The notes under the pieces: generated by a model
Databases searched by the model: none
What the model saw: the letters and a program-made list of their open reading frames with translations, nothing else
What the model was told of the DNA's origin: nothing
NCBI GenBank assembly: GCA_018819305.1
Contig: JAHJQO010000040.1
Location: forward strand, 44,320-108,319
Length of the DNA: 64,000 nucleotides
Reading direction: 5' to 3'
From: Nanobdellota archaeon
GTDB lineage: Archaea; Nanobdellota; Nanobdellia; Woesearchaeales; SM23-78
Translations under genes and position numbers: made by a program
Shown: positions 27,930 to 34,666 of the stretch, one piece after another
Layout: each line of letters starts with the position of its first letter
Numbering within the stretch: the stretch's first letter is position 1

Positions 27930-29264
27930 TTAGAAATTAACCTTGTCTCCATTCTTAAGAATCTTAATTTTTTTTGATTTGTATCCCATTTGCAATGCAA
28001 GCTCTTTCATTGCTTCAAGCCTTTTAACATCAGCATGAGTTGGGATTATATATTCTGGCTTAAGCAGTTTTATCAAATCTCTCTGGTCTTCTCTAAATGC
28101 ATGACCAGAAACATGCACACCAGTGAATAATCTTACTTTTTTTCTCTTAAGTTCATTATCCAACTTATCTCTGTTTCTGATGTTAGCCTCAACAGGAATT
28201 ATACTGCAGGAAAAAATTACATGGTCCTCTTCTTTAAAATCATATAAATGCTCACTCAGCATTCTTGGAAGAATAGCTCTTGGCTCACCCTGATGACCTG
28301 TGACAACAAACAAGTATTTTTCAGGCTTTTTGATTTTACCAAAGAACTTTTTGACTTTGTTGCCATACCTGACAAATTCTGCTTTTTTTGAAAAATCAAT
28401 AATACCAGCTCTTTCAGCCGCAGTAATATATTTAGAAAGAGACCTGCCGATGAATACAATTTGTCTCTTAAGTTTTATGCTAAGTTCAAAAATACTCTTA
28501 AGCCTTGCAATGTGGCTGGAAAAAGTTGTCACAATAACAGCTTTGCCTTCTGAATTCACACCTAAGAGAACATCTTTAAGCATTTCTTTTGCAATGCTCT
28601 CGCTTGGTGTCTTCATTGGCGTGCCTGCATAAAGAGAATCCAGAATTAAGACTTTGACATTATCTTCTCCAATCTTTTGCAGTCCTTTATAATTAGGTTT
28701 TTCACCCAGAGTTGGAGCATTGTCAAGCTTAAAATCATTAGCATAAACAACAGTTCCATAAGGAGTATGCACTGCAATAATTACTGTCTGCGGAATAGAA
28801 TGAGTCATATTAATAAATTCAATTGTTATTTTTTTTGAAATCTTAAATTTTGAATTCACAGGATGCATAACAATATTGTTTCTCAAATTTATTTCATCAT
28901 CTTTAAGAATTGCACTTAATACTTCTGCAGTGTATCTTGTGCAGTGAATATCTGCTTTGAATTTGTTGCTAAGAAACGGAACAGCGCCTAAATGGTCAAG
29001 ATGAGCATGAGTAATGCAAATTGCTTTAACCTTGGGCCAAAGGTCATGTATTTGATTAATATTGGGAACTGCCTGAGCCCGTATCATGGTTTTTGCAGTC
29101 ATGTCTTTTTCAGAGTGAAGCTCTTCAAGGTCATCAGTGTAAGCAATATAATTATCCATATGCAGGCCCATGTCTAGAATAACAGCTTCATCATCTACTT
29201 TTACAAGAGTGCAGTTTCTGCCAATTTCAGAATAACCACCAACAGGAATTATTTGTAAACCCAT
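27930..29264 (-). CDS. rnj: Archaeal RNase J (metallo-beta-lactamase / beta-CASP)
   Basis: 444 aa with IIPVGGYSEIGRNCTLV, ITHAHLDHLGAVP and HVSGHA motifs. Confidence 0.85.
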   Translation of the reverse strand: MGLQIIPVGGYSEIGRNCTLVKVDDEAVILDMGLHMDNYIAYTDDLEELHSEKDMTAKTMIRAQAVPNINQIHDLWPKVKAICITHAHLDHLGAVPFLSNKFKADIHCTRYTAEVLSAILKDDEINLRNNIVMHPVNSKFKISKKITIEFINMTHSIPQTVIIAVHTPYGTVVYANDFKLDNAPTLGEKPNYKGLQKIGEDNVKVLILDSLYAGTPMKTPSESIAKEMLKDVLLGVNSEGKAVIVTTFSSHIARLKSIFELSIKLKRQIVFIGRSLSKYITAAERAGIIDFSKKAEFVRYGNKVKKFFGKIKKPEKYLFVVTGHQGEPRAILPRMLSEHLYDFKEEDHVIFSCSIIPVEANIRNRDKLDNELKRKKVRLFTGVHVSGHAFREDQRDLIKLLKPEYIIPTHADVKRLEAMKELALQMGYKSKKIKILKNGDKVNF

Positions 29265-29321
29265 GAATAGAATTAACCAAGAATAGAGTATTTAAAGCTT
29301 TTGGGTTGAAAAGAACAAAAG

Positions 29322-29490
29322 TGCGGACGGCAGGGCTTTCGTGAGTTTTTGCTTTTCACAAGGGGACTCCGGTCGAAGACTAGGAGTCGCCTGCTTTTTA
29401 CGAGATTTTTTGCAAAAATCTCTTTCGAACCTGCGTAGACATTACTCCAAGACTAACGTCTTGTCCTGCCAAGGCCACTCCTTGTCTAAG
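29322..29490 (-). other. tRNA-like element lacking a 5' acceptor strand, with an 88-nt insertion in the T-loop
   Basis: The minus strand reads GGAGTGGCCTTGGC (D-loop-like), then GCAGG-TTCGAA, 88 nt, C-CCTGC (a T-arm closed across the insertion), then CGTCCGC-A. No GCGGACG partner was noticed anywhere in the window (by eye, not an exhaustive scan). Confidence 0.35.
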
Positions 29491-29502
29491 CCAACAGATG
29501 AC

Positions 29503-30264
29503 TTATACTCTTTTCTTCAAAATAGTTATTCTTTCTTCTATGGATGTATAAGGGGGTAAATATCCTATTTTTTTCCAAACATCATGTCTTGTCTTATGTC
29601 TTGGGTTATTTGTTCCAATGATTTTAAACCATTTTTCAATTTCTGCTTTCCTTCTTATATTCAAAGCATACGAGTCGTTTATGTTTCTACCAAACTTAAA
29701 TCCTTTTTTTCCTTTTTGTGTTATTTTCGATTTTATATCCAACTTATTCAATAAATATTTAATTTGTTCTACTAACTTTTTAGAACAAGATGTTATTCTC
29801 AACTCAGGATGATAATTATGATTCTTTTTCCATTCAGTTGACGTCTTGGCTCTTGACCTTTCACACCAAAAAGAACCATCAGTATCAAAAATACCTCTTA
29901 AAACTGCTTTAATAACATCTTTATTATTAGAATATAAAATATTTTTAGGTATTTCAGCAATTAATGATTTAGGACCAATTTGAAAACCAAGACTTATGGC
30001 TTTTTTAATTACTTCTTTTTTGTAAGTTACAATTCCATAAACTTTCCAATAAGGAAATTTTTTTGGTTTTACAGGAGCAAAATACTTTGAAAATAAAGAA
30101 GCTAGATGATTGTCATAATATTGCTTATCTTCAGTTGTGTTTCCAGTTATATAAAGAGCATCTTTATCACTTTCAATCCATCCGTCGCCTATAAAAGCAC
30201 CTAAAATTTCAGCGATTTTAGGATTATTTAATAAATCTTTATTTTTTATTTTTTGATTAAGCAT
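29503..30264 (-). CDS. Free-standing double-motif LAGLIDADG homing endonuclease
   Basis: 253 aa with ILGAFIGDGWI and VLRGIFDTDGSF motifs. Lies between a tRNA gene and a tRNA-like fragment. Confidence 0.85.
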   Translation of the reverse strand: MLNQKIKNKDLLNNPKIAEILGAFIGDGWIESDKDALYITGNTTEDKQYYDNHLASLFSKYFAPVKPKKFPYWKVYGIVTYKKEVIKKAISLGFQIGPKSLIAEIPKNILYSNNKDVIKAVLRGIFDTDGSFWCERSRAKTSTEWKKNHNYHPELRITSCSKKLVEQIKYLLNKLDIKSKITQKGKKGFKFGRNINDSYALNIRRKAEIEKWFKIIGTNNPRHKTRHDVWKKIGYLPPYTSIEERITILKKRV

Positions 30265-30312
30265 TTAAATCACCGAATTAATTGAGGTTGAAACTATGTA
30301 AAAGATTTTGTG

Positions 30313-30342
30313 TTTAAATAGGTCACACACATATGTCCAGTG
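30313..30342 (-). promoter_or_regulatory. Promoter of the LAGLIDADG gene: CACTGGACAT element plus TATA
   Basis: The minus strand reads CACTGGACAT-ATGTGTGTGACC-TATTTAAA, with the ATG about 50 nt downstream. The 10-mer is shared with the sites at 38398 and 47328. Confidence 0.45.
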
Positions 30343-30462
30343 CCAATTAAAAATAGAAAATCATAATTTGATAGTTGAAACATTGTTGGAAGTGATTTAA
30401 CGCAATATGGCATCGAAAAATAAACAAAGGATGCATATTAATCTCTAGAAATAATGAATAAA

Positions 30463-30647
30463 TGAGGGGAGAGGGATTTGAACCCTCGTAGGCACTAAGC
30501 CAATAGATGGCCCATAGAGCATATCATTGATCTCATTTAGAGACCTCATCACTCAATAACTTGAGTTTGGATTTTCTAGTACCAATATACCGGAAAACTA
30601 TCCCGTTTAGCCTCCAATAAAGGATTTGGCCACTCCGGCATCCCCTC
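30463..30647 (-). tRNA. tRNA gene with about 100 nt of intervening sequence (class II shape, tentatively Leu-CAA)
   Basis: 7-bp acceptor GAGGGGA/TCCCCTC, U8, D-loop GAGTGGCCAAA, perfect T-arm GAGGG-TTCAAAT-CCCTC and discriminator A. At 185 nt it must contain introns. A BHB-like 19-nt D-loop intron lies at 30607-30625. The only canonical-looking anticodon loop is CTCAAG (30560-30565). The remaining splice sites are unresolved. Confidence 0.7.
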
Positions 30648-30707
30648 AATTAAATCTATGGAAAAAGGTTTAGTTTATAAGTGTTTTTCTTCAAAAGGTG
30701 TTGAGAA

Positions 30708-31118
30708 TCAGAGTCCCTGCAGTCTTCTCTGTACTTCATCCAGTGCTCGGCTTACTTTGTCAATCTCAGCAACATGCTTATTAGCAGGTTGTTTATGTTC
30801 TGATTTTTTTTCTTTGACAGACATAGATATGTGTGTCTTTTTATCTGGGACCATGTGGGGGAACTTCTTTTTTAGGTCTGCTTTTGTATAAACAGGCATC
30901 AGATCTTCAATCTTTTTCACCAGAAGCTTTAGTTCTTTTATTTCATGAGTTATCCTGTGTATTAATTCATGTTTTGCTTCTCTAATTCTTCTGATTCTAT
31001 GGGTTTCTTTTAATATACTTAAAGTTAGTTTTGAAGCTTCCAGAATATTTCTTCTGAACCCATTAGGATTATTTATCTGCATAAAAAATTCTTGCTGTCC
31101 GATATTTTTATCAGTCAT
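30708..31118 (-). CDS. Coiled-coil protein, unknown function
   Basis: 136-aa heptad-rich ORF, third gene of a tightly spaced trio. Confidence 0.4.
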   Translation of the reverse strand: MTDKNIGQQEFFMQINNPNGFRRNILEASKLTLSILKETHRIRRIREAKHELIHRITHEIKELKLLVKKIEDLMPVYTKADLKKKFPHMVPDKKTHISMSVKEKKSEHKQPANKHVAEIDKVSRALDEVQRRLQGL

Positions 31119-31128
31119 TTTGTTTTTC

Positions 31129-31353
31129 CTATTCTTGGGATAGTTCCTCTTGCATTGATTCGATTTTTTGGGATATTTCTTCCATGCTTTTTTCCCAGTT
31201 CATTATTTCTTCTTCTTCCTTGGTCTTAAAGTCTTCAAGCTCTGCAAGAAGCTGTTTTACATGAAGCACTTTTTTGTTGACAACATCAACTATACTAAGG
31301 ATTTCTTTGTACTTGTCAATTTTTACAAAAACAGGATTTGATTCACTCATCAT
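31129..31353 (-). CDS. Small coiled-coil protein, unknown function
   Basis: 74 aa (FVKIDKYKEILSIV... then an acidic coiled coil). Gaps to both neighbours are about 10 nt. Confidence 0.4.
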   Translation of the reverse strand: MMSESNPVFVKIDKYKEILSIVDVVNKKVLHVKQLLAELEDFKTKEEEEIMNWEKSMEEISQKIESMQEELSQE

Positions 31354-31364
31354 CTGGTCACCTC

Positions 31365-32114
31365 TTAAATATTATCTTCAAATAGTTTATTATCTATTAG
31401 CATTAATTTTTCTTGCAGTACATTCAACTCATTAGCCAAAACATGATATTTATCATTCTTAGCTTTGGTTGTATCAATATACTTTCCTAACAAAAGTTCC
31501 ATATCACCTGCTAGATTTTTAACAGTGTTAATGTCTTCCTTTGTATTTAGATAACTTCTCACATCAAAGAATTTTTCATCTGCAACCAATACAGGTCTCA
31601 TTGGTTTGGGATAATCTATCTTTGGTCCTGGTTCAAATTTCCTTTCCACATGCTCTGTTTCAGCAATCTTCAGCTCTTCTAACTCCTTCATCTCCTTGTC
31701 ATCAAAATCAGGAAGTTCAAATCCATTATCTCGTTCTGTGGGTTTGGAATTTACCGCTGGTTTTGAATCTAAATTAAATTTTGGCAAAGCAGGCTTTGCG
31801 GTTTCTGAAACAGGTAACTGGTTTTGTTTTCCTTTTGATAATGGAGGAATCTGATATGTAGAAATTGGTTCTGGTTCAGCAGGAACTGGTGTCAGCTCTG
31901 CGTTAAATGGTTCTGAAAATCCTAATTCTTTTTCTAAATCTTGAGCAGGCATTGCTCCGAAGCTTGCTCCAGGCCCTGATTTTAAATCTAGAGGGGGAGG
32001 AGGTACTTCAGATAATAATTTATCAAAATCAACTACTTCAGGCTCCTCTTTTTGTTCTGCTGGATTAGAAGGAAATGGAATGTCTTTCTTCTTCTTAAAA
32101 TTAAATATACCCAT
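31365..32114 (-). CDS. Pro-rich / coiled-coil protein, unknown function
   Basis: 249 aa. Disordered Pro/Glu-rich N-terminal half, with a C-terminal FFDVRSYLNTKEDI... coiled coil. Confidence 0.4.
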   Translation of the reverse strand: MGIFNFKKKKDIPFPSNPAEQKEEPEVVDFDKLLSEVPPPPLDLKSGPGASFGAMPAQDLEKELGFSEPFNAELTPVPAEPEPISTYQIPPLSKGKQNQLPVSETAKPALPKFNLDSKPAVNSKPTERDNGFELPDFDDKEMKELEELKIAETEHVERKFEPGPKIDYPKPMRPVLVADEKFFDVRSYLNTKEDINTVKNLAGDMELLLGKYIDTTKAKNDKYHVLANELNVLQEKLMLIDNKLFEDNI

Positions 32115-32378
32115 ACCCCACCTCTTTTAATAGGAAATTGTCTCTCAAACTATTTAAATCTTGCTATTATTTATTAATAAATACGACGTCATTTTTATTT
32201 TTTTCTGTTTATATAACAAAAATTCGTCACTCAATCCCCCTTATAACTTAAAAGAATGAATATTACAACTTTCGTAACTGACAAATTTTTGAATTGGCGA
32301 GCTAACAAATTAAAGATAAGGGTATTAAACCCTAAAATTCGTTAACGCTCACCAATAACAAATCATTAAAATAACCTT

Positions 32379-33401
32379 ATGTTAACTCTTTTTATGAGGG
32401 AAGCTTTGTATTACAAGAAACTGAGCAATAAGGTTGTGAAGTGCGAACTCTGTCCTTGGATGTGTATAATCAAGCCTGATAAAATAGGAATGTGCAGAGT
32501 CAGAAAGAATATGGCTGGCAAACTCTATTCTTTAATTTATGCAAGGCCATGTGCGGTGCATGTCGATCCAATTGAGAAAAAACCTTTTTATCATTTTATG
32601 CCTGGTGCAAAAGCATTTAGCATTGCCACTATTGGATGTAATTTTTTCTGTGAATTTTGCCAGAACTGGCAAATTAGCAAAGCAGATGCAAATAATATAG
32701 ATAATCAATTTGAAGAATTAAAACCAGAGCAAGTAATTAAGGTTTGCAAAGAAAACAATTGCCAGATCATCAGCTATACCTATACTGAGCCTACTATTTT
32801 TTATGAATACATGCTTGATATTGCAAAACAAGCAAAAAAACAAGGCATAAAGAACACTATTGTAAGCAATGGATATATTAATGAAGCACCTCTTAGAGAG
32901 CTTTGCAAGGTATTGGATAGTGCAAATATTGATTTAAAGGCTTTTACAAATGATTTTTATCAAAAAGTTTGCAAAGGAAAGCTTGAACCTGTGCTCAAAA
33001 CCTTAAAAATTCTAAAGCAAGAAGGTGTTTGGCTTGAAATCACTAATCTTATTGTGCCTGGCCAAAATGATGATTTTGAAAAGATTGAAGAAATGTGCAA
33101 ATGGATTGCAAAAGAACTTGGAAAAGATGTTCCGATTCATTTTTCAAGGTTTCATCCTGACTATAAAATGACTGATGCTAAGCCAACATCTGTTGAAACC
33201 CTTGAAAAAGCCAAAGAAATTGCAGAAAAATATCTTGATTATGTTTATCTCGGAAATGTTGGCGGTGAAACCAATACTTTTTGCCCTAAATGCAGGGAAA
33301 CAGTTATAAAAAGAAGCGTATTTCATGCTTCTCAGAACAGAATAAAAAGAGGTAAGTGTCCTGATTGCAAACAAAATATTGCTGGAGTTTGGGATACATG
33401 A
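32379..33401 (+). CDS. AmmeMemoRadiSam-system radical SAM enzyme
   Basis: 340 aa. N-terminal Cys cluster (CELCPWMC...CRVR), GCNFFCEFCQNWQIS radical SAM motif and a C-terminal CPKC...CPDC. Confidence 0.8.
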   Translation: MLTLFMREALYYKKLSNKVVKCELCPWMCIIKPDKIGMCRVRKNMAGKLYSLIYARPCAVHVDPIEKKPFYHFMPGAKAFSIATIGCNFFCEFCQNWQISKADANNIDNQFEELKPEQVIKVCKENNCQIISYTYTEPTIFYEYMLDIAKQAKKQGIKNTIVSNGYINEAPLRELCKVLDSANIDLKAFTNDFYQKVCKGKLEPVLKTLKILKQEGVWLEITNLIVPGQNDDFEKIEEMCKWIAKELGKDVPIHFSRFHPDYKMTDAKPTSVETLEKAKEIAEKYLDYVYLGNVGGETNTFCPKCRETVIKRSVFHASQNRIKRGKCPDCKQNIAGVWDT

Positions 33402-34642
33402 GTATATATGAAAAACATAAACAAAATGAAATTGAAGAAGCTTTAGGAATAAAGCTTCCAATACTTGTTCTTACAAATCCTATGGCAGGTGCTAATTCAA
33501 GAAAAATAGCAGATTATATGAAAGAAAAATTTGGCTCTGAATATTTTCATCATTACATAAGCCCAAAACCAGACGGAATACAAGAGATGATAAGTCAAGA
33601 AATTTCCAAGCTGAAAAAATATCCTGATTATAAATTAATGGCGATTGTCAATGGCGGTGATGGCACATTTCAAAAAGTTGCAAATCTTCATCCTAACATC
33701 GATAAATTAATAGGATGTTATTTACCAGGAGGCACGAGCTGTGATTTTCCTTTAAGTCTCGGAATCAATGGTAACCGAGATATTCCAAGAACTGCTAACT
33801 TAATAAAAAAAATATTAGACCAACATTTGCGCCTGGAAGATTATGTAAAAAAAATTGATTTGATTAAAGTTAATTATGATGAAAAAAAAGAAATTTATGG
33901 ATTTAATATTTTTGGAATTGGAATTGACGGCCTTATCTGCAATGAAGTGAATGATGATAAAAAAAGAGGAGGATTTTTCAAAAAGCTTCGTTTTGTCCAA
34001 AAAGCTATTAAGATTAAGACAAATAAAAAAAGAGCAAAAGAGCCTCAGTTATTTAAACCTCTTGAAATAGGATATATGTTAAATTATGACCAGAAAAATA
34101 CAAATGATGACGCAGATTCCTCTCATTTCAATAATATTTTTGATAATATTTTAGCATTTAATTTTTTAAATGGCAAACGCGCAGCTTCGGGGTTATATAG
34201 ATATTCCAACTTTGCATTAGATGATGGTGTTGGACGTGTCGTCATCACCAAAAATATGAAACTAGAAAGAGGACCATTATTTCTGCTGGAACACCAGCTT
34301 GCTCATGCCTTGAAAACAGCACCTCCGAAAGAAAGAAAAGAACACGATAATGTCAGAAATATTCTCTTAAGTGTTCTCAATTATGACGAAGAAGAAAATT
34401 TAGATTATTATCTGGAACTGGATGGCGAACCATATAAAATAGATAACCCGAAATCTGGCATTAAAATCGAAATTGTACCAAAAGCAACAAATGTTTTTTG
34501 TTTACATAAAACCGTGGCTGAAAAAGAAATTGATCATAGGCATATGTACAGACCTGATCCACTTGAAATCTCAGACCCTGAACTTCGAAAGCTTTCCGAA
34601 TTAGCAGAAAAAGATCCGATTTTTTATACACGCATTATATAA
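33398..34642 (+). CDS. Diacylglycerol/lipid kinase catalytic-domain (DAGK_cat) family protein
   Basis: ATG at 33398 overlaps the upstream stop (ATGA). Motifs are LVLTNPMAGANS and the IVNGGDGTF signature. Confidence 0.6.
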   Translation: MSIYEKHKQNEIEEALGIKLPILVLTNPMAGANSRKIADYMKEKFGSEYFHHYISPKPDGIQEMISQEISKLKKYPDYKLMAIVNGGDGTFQKVANLHPNIDKLIGCYLPGGTSCDFPLSLGINGNRDIPRTANLIKKILDQHLRLEDYVKKIDLIKVNYDEKKEIYGFNIFGIGIDGLICNEVNDDKKRGGFFKKLRFVQKAIKIKTNKKRAKEPQLFKPLEIGYMLNYDQKNTNDDADSSHFNNIFDNILAFNFLNGKRAASGLYRYSNFALDDGVGRVVITKNMKLERGPLFLLEHQLAHALKTAPPKERKEHDNVRNILLSVLNYDEEENLDYYLELDGEPYKIDNPKSGIKIEIVPKATNVFCLHKTVAEKEIDHRHMYRPDPLEISDPELRKLSELAEKDPIFYTRII

Positions 34643-34666
34643 ATAACTTATTCTGAAAACTAAGTG

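Noticed and set aside
29322-29490. Complete intron-containing tRNA, RNase P RNA or SRP RNA
   Set aside because: As a tRNA it has no 5' acceptor strand complementary to CGTCCGC, and no anticodon arm with a 7-nt loop could be drawn. The variable region would be only 2 nt with the best stem. RNase P (GGAAAGTCC, ACAGAA) and SRP (GGAAG...AGCA helix 8) hallmarks are absent. It is kept only as a tRNA-like element.
30520-30560. C/D-box sRNA inside the tRNA intervening sequence (GTGATGA at about 30550)
   Set aside because: A C-box-like RTGATGA and C'-like TGAGAT/TGATAT are present. No CTGA D or D' box occurs in the intron, so the k-turn pair cannot form.
30463-30647. 7-bp helix GGTACTA/TAGTGCC as the anticodon stem of the tRNA
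   Set aside because: Every register leaves a non-canonical loop without U33 or a variable region that is too short. A 7-bp match is expected by chance about once in a 185-nt AT-rich sequence.
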